From Candidatus Aenigmatarchaeota archaeon (lineage in GTDB: Archaea; Aenigmatarchaeota; Aenigmatarchaeia; QMZP01), in NCBI GenBank assembly GCA_039091855.1, contig JAWCLA010000006.1, positions 1 to 28,637 of the forward strand: a stretch of 28,637 nt of DNA. The letters are read 5' to 3'. The notes under the pieces are model-generated. The model made no database searches. It had not been told where the DNA came from and worked only from the letters and a program-made list of their open reading frames with translations. A program made the translations under genes and the position numbers. This document shows, one piece after another, positions 8,466 to 16,568 of this stretch (position 1 is the stretch's first letter; the number at the start of each line of letters is the position of its first letter).

Positions 8466-9083
8466 TCATTCACCTTTGTATCTTCGCCTTCTCTCGATTT
8501 TCTCAATCCTTTTCAGGACGTCATTAGATTTTGGATAGTTTTGTTTATAAGCATTTATAATGTTTTTCCATGCCTCTTCAAGCAGTTTAAGGTGTGTAGA
8601 CTTCAGGGCTTCATAAAGAAGGAAAAGGTCAACCGCCTGGTCCTCAATCTTGCCTGAAATCTTTCCTAGGCCGAAGTCTATTATGAAAAGCCTTCCGTTG
8701 GTTAGAATCATGTTCGATGTTGTTAAGTCCCCATGGACTATGCCTGCTGAATGAAGCCTGCCTGTTGCCTCTCCTATCATCCTGTAAACGCTCATCCTTC
8801 TTGCCTTTGGCATTGCGTTAAGCGTGTCTTTTAGCTTTTTTCCGTCAATCCATTCCATAACTATTTTTGATTCTGATGTTTCTATTACATTTGGCACGTG
8901 TACACCTGCCCTCTTAGCCCTGAGCAAAAGACACTCCTCCCTTCTTGTTCTCTGGATTCGAATTTTATCATCAAGCTGCGGTATTCTGTAGCCCTTCGGA
9001 AGCCTTTCCTTAACAAGGACTTTGTTCCCTCCAATTTCCTCAATATAAAGAATTGCCTCTGCGCCCCTCTGTATTACCTGCAT
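8466..9083 (-). CDS. bud32: KEOPS complex kinase Bud32
   Basis: RGAEA, KERLPKGYR, RTRRE, HGDLTTSN, IDFGL, EDQAVDL and C-terminal RRRY motifs. Confidence 0.95.
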   Translation of the reverse strand: MQVIQRGAEAILYIEEIGGNKVLVKERLPKGYRIPQLDDKIRIQRTRREECLLLRAKRAGVHVPNVIETSESKIVMEWIDGKKLKDTLNAMPKARRMSVYRMIGEATGRLHSAGIVHGDLTTSNMILTNGRLFIIDFGLGKISGKIEDQAVDLFLLYEALKSTHLKLLEEAWKNIINAYKQNYPKSNDVLKRIEKIERRRRYKGE

Positions 9084-9132
9084 GGAAATAGTTTTGCTGT
9101 CTTACTTAAATACTCGGTTAATTTGCCCGCTC

Positions 9133-9271
9133 CCATATCCACCAGTCATATGCAATTGGTGAATAATACTTTGGAATTTCGGCGATAGCTGTTGATTGCA
9201 TAATTAGTGAAGCCAGAATTAACTTGGATTATCCAAACCCATACCACCACTGGTCATAGACAAGTGGAATT
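9133..9271 (-). mobile_element. Non-autonomous IS200/IS605-type element (MITE/PATE-like) with two same-orientation subterminal hairpins
   Basis: On the minus strand, 9271-9201 (AATTCCACTTGTCTATGACCAGTGGTGGTATGGGTTTGGATAATCCAAGTTAATTCTGGCTTCACTAATTA) closely matches 14654-14726, which lies upstream of a tnpA remnant. A second similar hairpin, ATTCACCAATTGCATATGACTGGTGGATATG, is at about 9164-9134. Confidence 0.65.
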
Positions 9272-9277
9272 ATTTAT

Positions 9278-10489
9278 TTAAATATCCTTCCTGTACCTCA
9301 AAATCCCACCAATGCCACCGAGCTCCTTTAACTGCTCACCCTTCTGCGTGTGTACGGAAATCATCTCAACTGTGGTTCCCATCTCCTCTGCTGTCCTTAT
9401 TATGTTCTCTGTTATGTCTTTCTCCTCCGTGACATCAAGCCTTGAATTGCATTCAGGACACTTCTGCTCATCTATCTGAGCCCTGTTAAGGATTTTCTCG
9501 GTTTTGTAGCCGCAGGAAGGGCATTGGAATCCCGTCCTTACCCAGTCAAACTCCTCGGAAAGCAGAAGAAGCTCGAGATTTCCTGACTTGAGGGCATCTG
9601 CTGTCTCGAAGAAACCATAGACTGCGAGACCAGAATCCTTCTGGAGTTCGGAAAAGAACCTGTCAAGGACTTTCTTCTCCCTTATGACAGACGCCTCTGC
9701 AATAATCTCTTCCGCCCTTTCAACAGCTTCTTTCAACCCGTACTCTCCTGTGTAAGAGGTGTTGACTGTTCCCAACACCTTTCCCTTTATTGTGTATTCA
9801 AGAAAGTCACCTTCCGCAAACTCTTCCTTTATCGGTCCTGGACCGCCTATTATTACACCCTTTAACTCAGGAACCTGCTTGAAGTTGGCTGTGGCGACCT
9901 CGCCAACCTTCTTTAGGAAGTCGTTTAGCAGTCCTTCTCGTATCCTGGCATACCTGTTTGCGCTCCAGCCTCCTGCCTTTGTCTTGCCAGGAACTATTGA
10001 GTCCATACTCTTTAGAAGCTCAATCCTCTTTCCCTTAAGCAGCCCTATTGCAGCGTTATTCTTGTCAACAACAATTATTCCATAGACTTCCCTTTCCCTA
10101 ACCATCTCCTTCAAGGGATCGAGTATGAAGTTCTGGTCGCACCTGTAAAGCCTTGTTTTCACGGGCTCGTGGGGCTCTATTGCCCATATCTCTATGTCAG
10201 CCACGCCTTCCTTGTCAGAAACGTTTCCGCAGAAGATAACAAGCCCGTTTTCGGGCGTCTGCCTGTAAAGTTTAAGGTGCTGCATTATCCTTTCCAGCGC
10301 AGCGAGAACGTTCTTCCTGACGGTCTTGCTCTTGACGTTCTGCGCTGTCGACTGCTCAGAGCGAATCTGCTCGACCACCTTTGTCAAGTTGTATCCTGCA
10401 GGGACGTAAAGGCTGATAAGCTCTGTGTGCCTGCCCCTTATCTTCTCCAGCTCTGATATTATTGCCCTCAGTCTCCTTTCCTCTTCCAT
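9278..10489 (-). CDS. prf1: Peptide chain release factor aRF1 (GGQ replaced by GGW)
   Basis: GRHTELISLYVP, TAQNVKS (NIKS-like), YRCDQNF (YxCxxxF), VPGKTKAGGWSANRY, IIGGPGPIK, a C-terminal CxxC..CxxC zinc ribbon and GGIGGILRY. Confidence 0.95.
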   Translation of the reverse strand: MEEERRLRAIISELEKIRGRHTELISLYVPAGYNLTKVVEQIRSEQSTAQNVKSKTVRKNVLAALERIMQHLKLYRQTPENGLVIFCGNVSDKEGVADIEIWAIEPHEPVKTRLYRCDQNFILDPLKEMVREREVYGIIVVDKNNAAIGLLKGKRIELLKSMDSIVPGKTKAGGWSANRYARIREGLLNDFLKKVGEVATANFKQVPELKGVIIGGPGPIKEEFAEGDFLEYTIKGKVLGTVNTSYTGEYGLKEAVERAEEIIAEASVIREKKVLDRFFSELQKDSGLAVYGFFETADALKSGNLELLLLSEEFDWVRTGFQCPSCGYKTEKILNRAQIDEQKCPECNSRLDVTEEKDITENIIRTAEEMGTTVEMISVHTQKGEQLKELGGIGGILRYRKDI

Positions 10490-10667
10490 AGGTTAAACCC
10501 TGTATTCAACGGAATTTCCGATTTAACTTCCAATATGTATGTAATATTGAATGCCGAATTAATACCCCTTTGCTTTTTCAGCTGTTTATTGAAGTCGGCA
10601 TTTGGTATTATCGGCTTTTTGATGGCTGATTTTTATAGTTCCTTAATAAATATATATAGCGGGTGCT

Positions 10668-11357
10668 ATGGAGAGGCTGAAAACTTGCATACCTGGTCTT
10701 GATGAGCTTATGGGAGGCGGGATTCCAAAGACCCAGCTCGTGCTTTTGACAGGAACGAGCGGGACAGGAAAGACCACGTTTTGTACCCAATTCATATATC
10801 ACGGGGTGAAGAAATTCGGCGAGAACGGGGTATATCTTACCCTGGAGGAACCCATAGACTCCATAAAGGAAAATGCAAAGGGTTTTGGCTGGGATTTTGA
10901 CGCCCTTGAGAAAACCAAGAAGTTCGCCTTCATAAGATACGACCCCTTTCACATAGAGGATGTTTTCACTATGCTTGAGTCAACCGTAAGGCAGATAAAG
11001 GCCGTGAGGGTGGTTGTTGACTCCGTTTCCGCGATAGGGCTTCACATAAAGGACAAGACAGAGCTTAGGAGGATGATTTTCAACCTTTCCCTCATCCTAA
11101 GAAAGCTTGGCTGCACCGCCCTCATCTCCTCTGAGATAGTCCCTGGAAGCAAGGGAATATCAAGGTACGGGGTTGAGGAATTCGTTTCTGACAGCGTAAT
11201 AGTACTTTATTACGAGAGGTTGCAGTCAACCTTCTCAAGGGCTCTTCAGGTTTGGAAAGTTAGAGGCTCGAGCCACTCTGAAAAGCTGCATCCCTACAAA
11301 ATAGACGAGAACGGCATAACAGTATATCCAAAGGAGGAGGCGTTCATAAAATGGTAA
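10668..11357 (+). CDS. KaiC/RAD55-family single-domain ATPase (FlaH/ArlH-like), linked to the pilus ATPase
   Basis: IPGLDELMGGG, Walker A GTSGTGKT, TLEE, RVVVDS, GVEEFVSD and KVRGS motifs. Confidence 0.9.
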   Translation: MERLKTCIPGLDELMGGGIPKTQLVLLTGTSGTGKTTFCTQFIYHGVKKFGENGVYLTLEEPIDSIKENAKGFGWDFDALEKTKKFAFIRYDPFHIEDVFTMLESTVRQIKAVRVVVDSVSAIGLHIKDKTELRRMIFNLSLILRKLGCTALISSEIVPGSKGISRYGVEEFVSDSVIVLYYERLQSTFSRALQVWKVRGSSHSEKLHPYKIDENGITVYPKEEAFIKW

Positions 11358-13099
11358 GGCTTAAACTTAAGCCAAAGGAGAAAAAACAAGCCGTAGAGTA
11401 TCCAAAATTCCAGATAAAGGAGGCAAAGGGCTTAATAGTGATACCTCCTGTTTCTGACATAACAAAGGTTGATATAAAATACCCGCTAATAGAGCCGTTT
11501 GCTTTTGCAAGAATTTTATGGGAACCGAACGGAAAGAAGCTTGTTTACACTATTATGGAGCCTGAGATGAGCGATGACGACAAGGGAATTCTTAGAAAAA
11601 TAGAAGACGCGCTTATGGAGGTCATAGATGTAAAGCTTTCCAACATAAAGAACAGGGAAGAGGCAGTCCAGTACATCCAGTCAAAAACAAACAGCGTTCT
11701 CGGCGATATGAACCTTGTCCTGCCTAGCGAAAGATATATGAAAATAATGTACTATCTCGTAAGGGATTTTGTTGGGCTGAATGAGATAGAGCCGCTTATG
11801 TATGACCCTTACATAGAGGACATAGGGTGCAGTGGCGTAAACACGCCTGTCTACGTAGTGCACAAGAAATTCGGCTCGCTTGAGACAAGCCTTGTTTATT
11901 CAGACCCTGAAAAGCTCTCAAACTTTGTCATAAAAATTTCGGAGAGGTGTGGCAGATACATCTCTTATGCAACGCCGCTTCTTGACGGAAGTTTGCCTGA
12001 CGGCTCAAGGGTTCAGGCATCTCTTGCAAAGGACGTGACTACAAAGGGTCCTACCTTCTCCATCCGAAAGTTCAGGAAGAACCCATTTTCACCAATAGAC
12101 ATAATAAACCTTAAGACAGCATCAGCTGATATGATGGCATACCTCTGGCTTCTGATACAGCACAATGTTTCGATTATGATATGCGGCGGGGTTTCAACCG
12201 GAAAAACGAGCTTCCTGAACGTCCTCAGCATGTTCATACCCATGGAGGAGAAGGTCATCTCCATAGAGGATACGAGAGAGATAAACCTTCCGCACGAGAA
12301 CTGGATACCTTCTGTATCGAGGTCGGGGTTTGGCATACAGGATGTGACAGGTAAAAAATACGGCGAGGTTGACCTTTTTGACCTTTTGAAGGAGAGCTTC
12401 AGGCAGAACCCCGACTATGTGGTGGTTGGGGAGATAAGGGGAAAGGAGGCTTACGTTATGTTTCAGGGAATGGCGTCAGGCCACGCGTCTATGGGAACCA
12501 TTCACGCAGGCTCTGTTGAGGATGTTATGAAAAGGCTCCAGACCCCTCCGATAGAGCTTTCGCCTTCACTGATAGAGTCCCTTGACATAATGATAGTTAT
12601 GACCAACGCGAGGGAGAAGGGAAAGTCTGCGAGAAGGGTTAAGGAGATATGCGAGATACAGTCCGTTGACAGCCACACAGGGATAGCTCACACGAAAAAA
12701 ATATTCACCTGGATACCTTCCGAGGACATTTTCAAGGAGGAGCTTTCCGAATCAGTCCTTATTCAAAAGATATCATTCGAGGAAGGAGTTCCACTTCAAA
12801 AAATGGTTTCGGAACTAAGGGACAGGAAGTCTGTCCTGCTGTGGATGCAGAGGCAGAACATAGTGCAGTTTGAGGACGTCTGTTACGTGATAAACCTCTA
12901 CTACAAGGACAAGCCTGCTGTTATGTCATGGGTAAGGAAAAACACAAATCCCTTCAAAAAGGAAGTTCTTCCCGAGAAGCCGAAAGCTTCTGAAAAAAGG
13001 AAAGTCAGGCAAAAGGAGAGCAAGCGTGAAAGAAAGCAGAAGAGGGTTTCAAAGGAGCTCGAGGAGATAGAGGAAATACTGAAGAGCGCTAAAAGGTAG
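11351..13099 (+). CDS. Type II/IV secretion system (type IV pilus) assembly ATPase, VirB11/TadA/FlaI family
   Basis: DPYIEDI, LPDGSRV, FSIRKF, Walker A GGVSTGKT, IEDTRE, RQNPDYVVVGEIRG and GH...TIHA. Overlaps the KaiC stop. Confidence 0.93.
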   Translation: MVRLKLKPKEKKQAVEYPKFQIKEAKGLIVIPPVSDITKVDIKYPLIEPFAFARILWEPNGKKLVYTIMEPEMSDDDKGILRKIEDALMEVIDVKLSNIKNREEAVQYIQSKTNSVLGDMNLVLPSERYMKIMYYLVRDFVGLNEIEPLMYDPYIEDIGCSGVNTPVYVVHKKFGSLETSLVYSDPEKLSNFVIKISERCGRYISYATPLLDGSLPDGSRVQASLAKDVTTKGPTFSIRKFRKNPFSPIDIINLKTASADMMAYLWLLIQHNVSIMICGGVSTGKTSFLNVLSMFIPMEEKVISIEDTREINLPHENWIPSVSRSGFGIQDVTGKKYGEVDLFDLLKESFRQNPDYVVVGEIRGKEAYVMFQGMASGHASMGTIHAGSVEDVMKRLQTPPIELSPSLIESLDIMIVMTNAREKGKSARRVKEICEIQSVDSHTGIAHTKKIFTWIPSEDIFKEELSESVLIQKISFEEGVPLQKMVSELRDRKSVLLWMQRQNIVQFEDVCYVINLYYKDKPAVMSWVRKNTNPFKKEVLPEKPKASEKRKVRQKESKRERKQKRVSKELEEIEEILKSAKR

Positions 13100-13102
13100 T
13101 TT

Positions 13103-13984
13103 TTATGATGTTGGAGAGGTTATGTGCAGGAATGTCAGGAAAAGTATGTTAACCAATGGTATAACGAGCCATGTCATAAGGAAAATAAGGTCTGTTGCGG
13201 CAAAACCCATAATGTCTCCTCCTATCACGCTCATTATGCCGAGGACTACAATCATCATCACAGGGGCTGATATGAGGACTGCTGTGTAGACATCTGCATA
13301 GGTTGAAAGCGTTTTCAGGTAGTTTTCCCTTTTTATCCTGTACTCGAAAAGTGCCCGGTTTGACATCTCATCAAGATACTGTGTAAGGTTTCCGCCCTTT
13401 TCTATTGTTGACTGTATTCCCATAAGAACCTGCCTGAAGGAGGGGGAAGGTGTTCTTTTTGCAACATCAGCTATTGCAGCCACAGAACTCATTCCAAAGG
13501 TCTTTATGTTTCTAACTATCATTCCTGCCTGTCTCGATATTTCCCCATATTCCTTGAAACCAGTGAGAAGCTCAAACATGAATTCCGGCGGAATTCCTGA
13601 GGATGCTATGGCGCTCATATGCGAAAGCGCAAAAGGAAGGTTGCTGTCTATTGAGTTTCTTATTTTTGTGGATTTCTGGACGGGATAGACGTAGAAAAAA
13701 AGCAGCACCATCGAGGAAGTCATTATTGGAGTGAAAACCAATGCATATAGAAATGTTATCTCATCCAAAGGTATGACTATGCTTATAACTAAAACAGCAA
13801 TGAGAGACAATAAATATGAAATTAGAACTGTCATGAGGATTATTGCAACCCAGCTCTCGAGGAGGATTGTCATTCCTGCTCCCATCATATGGGGCTTCAA
13901 TGGATAGAACATTGGCGATAATCTCTCAGCAATCCTTCCGAAAAAACTGAAAGAAAGTTTTTTGTATGCCTCGAATAATTTCAT
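13103..13984 (-). CDS. Type II secretion F / TadC (FlaJ-like) pilus platform membrane protein
   Basis: IDSNLPFALSHMSAIASSG, YGEIS, RTPS..F..L.GI..TIEKGGNL and multiple TM segments. Confidence 0.88.
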   Translation of the reverse strand: MKLFEAYKKLSFSFFGRIAERLSPMFYPLKPHMMGAGMTILLESWVAIILMTVLISYLLSLIAVLVISIVIPLDEITFLYALVFTPIMTSSMVLLFFYVYPVQKSTKIRNSIDSNLPFALSHMSAIASSGIPPEFMFELLTGFKEYGEISRQAGMIVRNIKTFGMSSVAAIADVAKRTPSPSFRQVLMGIQSTIEKGGNLTQYLDEMSNRALFEYRIKRENYLKTLSTYADVYTAVLISAPVMMIVVLGIMSVIGGDIMGFAATDLIFLMTWLVIPLVNILFLTFLHITSPTS

Positions 13985-14016
13985 GTAAAAATATTGGCTT
14001 TGTGTCTAAAAAAACT

Positions 14017-14328
14017 TTAATCGGCGAATGTTTCACAAGGCGTGTTCTCTATCGGAATTTCTTCAATGCTGTAATCCTCATCTGTTGATGGATACAGCGT
14101 CTTCCATACGTACAAGTCTTCTTCCTGAATGGTATCCACGTAACAAGGCTCTTTCTCATCATTCTCCTGCTCGTCCGCTTTTTTGAATGTACAGGTTGAG
14201 AGAATCTCTTCAATGTCTGACATTTCTTCATCGTCCTCAGAAAAATATATAGATAAGTCTGAAAAACTCAATCTTCCCGCCAGGTAGTTGGGATGTTCAA
14301 ATTCCACACCGCTTTTGTATTTTTCCAT
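14017..14328 (-). CDS. Acidic hypothetical protein
   Basis: 103-aa D/E-rich ORF starting 18 nt after the rps26e stop, on the same strand. Confidence 0.55.
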   Translation of the reverse strand: MEKYKSGVEFEHPNYLAGRLSFSDLSIYFSEDDEEMSDIEEILSTCTFKKADEQENDEKEPCYVDTIQEEDLYVWKTLYPSTDEDYSIEEIPIENTPCETFAD

Positions 14329-14346
14329 TTCGGGGAGTCTGGGATG

Positions 14347-14607
14347 TTATCTTTTTTTCCTTACTATGTTCCTGTGCCTTGCACATGCCGGGCACGCGTG
14401 CATCTTGCTTGAAAAAAGCATAAGCTCTCTCCTGTCCCTGTTGCCGAGCTCCTTCCTTAGCAAAGGGTCCGTTATGCTGAAACCCTTGACAACAGGAAAG
14501 GTCTTGTATTTTGGAACTTTCCTTCCGCAGAAGCTACAAGTTATTACTGATTCCTTTCCTCTTGTCTTTGTGTGATGCCATCCTCTCTTGTAGTACTGTC
14601 TTGCCAT
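14347..14607 (-). CDS. rps26e: 30S ribosomal protein eS26
   Basis: RG....CSFCGRKVPKYK...ITDPLLRKEL...CPACARHRNIV matches the eS26 zinc-finger layout. Start set at ATG 14607 (MARQYY). Confidence 0.8.
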   Translation of the reverse strand: MARQYYKRGWHHTKTRGKESVITCSFCGRKVPKYKTFPVVKGFSITDPLLRKELGNRDRRELMLFSSKMHACPACARHRNIVRKKR

Positions 14608-14653
14608 AGAACAATTCCTCAATTATTTATTGACTTCAAAAGTTTAAATAAAG

Positions 14654-15190
14654 AATTCCACCGGTCTGTGACCGGTGGTGGGTATGGGCTTGGCCCATCC
14701 CGAATTAATTCTGGCTTCACTAATTAATCAATATCTAAAATTAACAGGGAGGTGAAGCCGTGGCCGATTTTGTCAGCCATATTTCTAGCTTTGGCAGAAA
14801 ATTGAAGGGCGGCATAGTTAAATTGGCTTAAGCTGTCGATTTGGATTTGGAAGGATGACTTTATTCAAACTGTTTAATTCGTCTTTTTTGAATTTCTGCC
14901 TTTATTTTAAGATGCATAGATGTCTCTTCTCCAACAGCAAGGTAAGACACGATACTGCCATAAAATATTTGATATTCCTGAAATAAAAGCTTGGTGTGAA
15001 CAGTTGCTTTGGGAAGCAATAAACCAACTTAAAATACAATGCGATGAACTGGAAATGGAAAGCAACCACGTGCATTTAATATGACCACTACATATTTATT
15101 AATTGTTTCACAGCTCTGAAACAACTCAAAACCTATAAAGGTTGTTCCAGAGTTTGTGGAACCCATCATACTACTTAGATTCACTCAGCA
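14654..15190 (+). mobile_element. Decayed IS200/IS605 element: end hairpin plus tnpA remnant
   Basis: Perfect hairpin CCACCGGTC-TGT-GACCGGTGG at 14658-14678, followed by tnpA fragments. Boundaries are approximate. Confidence 0.7.
14950..15190 (+). pseudogene. tnpA: IS200/IS605 TnpA (Y1 HUH transposase) pseudogene
   Basis: Manual translation RYCHKIFDIPEIKAWCEQLLWEAINQLKIQCDELEMESNHVHLI* (HUH motif at 15067-15075, stop at 15082). It is followed by KG.S and LWNPSYYLDS (from 15154), which are TnpA signature blocks, with stops and indels. Confidence 0.75.
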
Positions 15191-15211
15191 AAGACTGCAA
15201 CAGTTGTTAAA

Positions 15212-16510
15212 TTATTTGTTTTTCCTAATTTCCTCAAGAATCTCCTTTGCCCTGTCCACCCTTATCTTGTTTTCCTGCGCCATTCTTGATGCAACCCTTT
15301 CTATCTCATCCCCCTTTGCCCCGGCCATAACAGCGATGTTTCTCGCGTGAAGCCTCATGTGACCCTTCTGTATTCCTTCTGTTGCAAGTGCCCTCAAAGC
15401 TGCAAAATTCTGAGCAAGCCCGACGGAGGCTATGACCTCTGAAAGCTCCTTTGCTGTCTTCACCCCGAGAATCTTTAAAGCAATTTTCGCTACTGGATGA
15501 GTTTTTGTCGCCCCGCCAACAAGCCCCACCGCAATAGGCATCTCTATCTCTCCTACCAAGTCGCCATTGTTGTCCCTGTAATATTTCGTAAGAGTGGTGT
15601 ATCTTCCCCTCAGAGAGGCATAGCTGTGCGCCCCTGCCTCCACAGCCCTCCAGTCGTTTCCAGTTGCCAGAACAACAGCATCAACACCGTTCATTATTCC
15701 CTTGTTGTGCGTTGCTGCCCTGTAAGGGTCTGAAAAGCCAAAAGCCCAAGCCTCTATTATGGCATTTACGACATCCTCCCCCTTCATCAACCCCTTTGTG
15801 GACTGCTCTAGAACTTCCTTTTTCCACACAGCCCTTGCCCTTGCCAATCTCTTATCCGCGAGGTTTGATATAATCCTAAGCCTGGCTTTGCCTCCTGATA
15901 TGTCCTCAAACATTGGTGCGAGCGTTTCCGCCAGGGTGTTCACCGCATTGGCACCCATTGCGTCCCTGCAGTCAACAAGAAGATGGACTATCACCATCTT
16001 TCCAGCAGGCGTTGAAATAACCCTTGTCTCTATGTCCCTTAAACCCCCGCCAAACTTAACCATAACGCAGGGATCAATTTTGTTCGCGTAATCAACCATC
16101 TCCTGCTTTTTGGCAATTATGTCTCTTGCTGCCTTCTCCGGGTTTTTCACATTCACTAACTGAACCTGCCCTGTCATTATAGGCTCCGTGCTTGTTGCTG
16201 TGAAACCGCCTCCTGCCCTGGCAAGCTTTGCGGCATAAGAAGCGGCAGCCACGACAGAGGGCTCCTCTATAGCCATTGGTATTAGATAGTCCCTGCCGTT
16301 AATCAGGAAGTTTGTGGCTATGCCCAAGGGAAGCCCCGTCGTTCCTATGACATTCTCTATCATCATGTCCGCTGTCTTGATTTCAAGAGAGCCAGCCTTC
16401 TCCAAAACCCTTGCCTCCTCCTTTGTCAGCCCTGCAAAATCCCTGACAATCTCCAGCCTTTTTTTGATTGGAAGCTCGTGAAAGCCAGAAATGTCGCTTC
16501 TTCTTTCCAT
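15212..16510 (-). CDS. mvaA: Hydroxymethylglutaryl-CoA reductase, class II
   Basis: MIENVIG, PMAIEEPSVVAA, DAMGANAVNT, THNKGIMNG, GNDWRA and EGIQKGHMRLH motifs. Confidence 0.95.
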   Translation of the reverse strand: MERRSDISGFHELPIKKRLEIVRDFAGLTKEEARVLEKAGSLEIKTADMMIENVIGTTGLPLGIATNFLINGRDYLIPMAIEEPSVVAAASYAAKLARAGGGFTATSTEPIMTGQVQLVNVKNPEKAARDIIAKKQEMVDYANKIDPCVMVKFGGGLRDIETRVISTPAGKMVIVHLLVDCRDAMGANAVNTLAETLAPMFEDISGGKARLRIISNLADKRLARARAVWKKEVLEQSTKGLMKGEDVVNAIIEAWAFGFSDPYRAATHNKGIMNGVDAVVLATGNDWRAVEAGAHSYASLRGRYTTLTKYYRDNNGDLVGEIEMPIAVGLVGGATKTHPVAKIALKILGVKTAKELSEVIASVGLAQNFAALRALATEGIQKGHMRLHARNIAVMAGAKGDEIERVASRMAQENKIRVDRAKEILEEIRKNK

Positions 16511-16568
16511 AAAAATTATATGAGAGAAAGGGTTTTAAAACAGGGGTTTGGAATTTCGTCAGAAGCAG

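Noticed and set aside
9278-10489. Stop-codon reassignment suggested by the unusual aRF1 (NVKS, GGW)
   Set aside because: Conserved genes here end properly at TAA (prf1), TAG (idi, dph2) and TGA (secY, rtcA), with no in-frame stops in intact genes.
10490-10601. uORF readthrough producing an N-terminally extended aRF1 (RF2-like autoregulation)
   Set aside because: The uORF ATG is 112 nt upstream and out of frame, and a second TGA follows. No clear slippery site was seen. It is kept only as part of the leader finding.
14654-14830. SRP RNA, RNase P RNA or CRISPR array
   Set aside because: No SRP or RNase P consensus motifs and no regularly spaced repeats were seen. An IS200/IS605 end explains it better. 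No CRISPR array was seen anywhere in the window.
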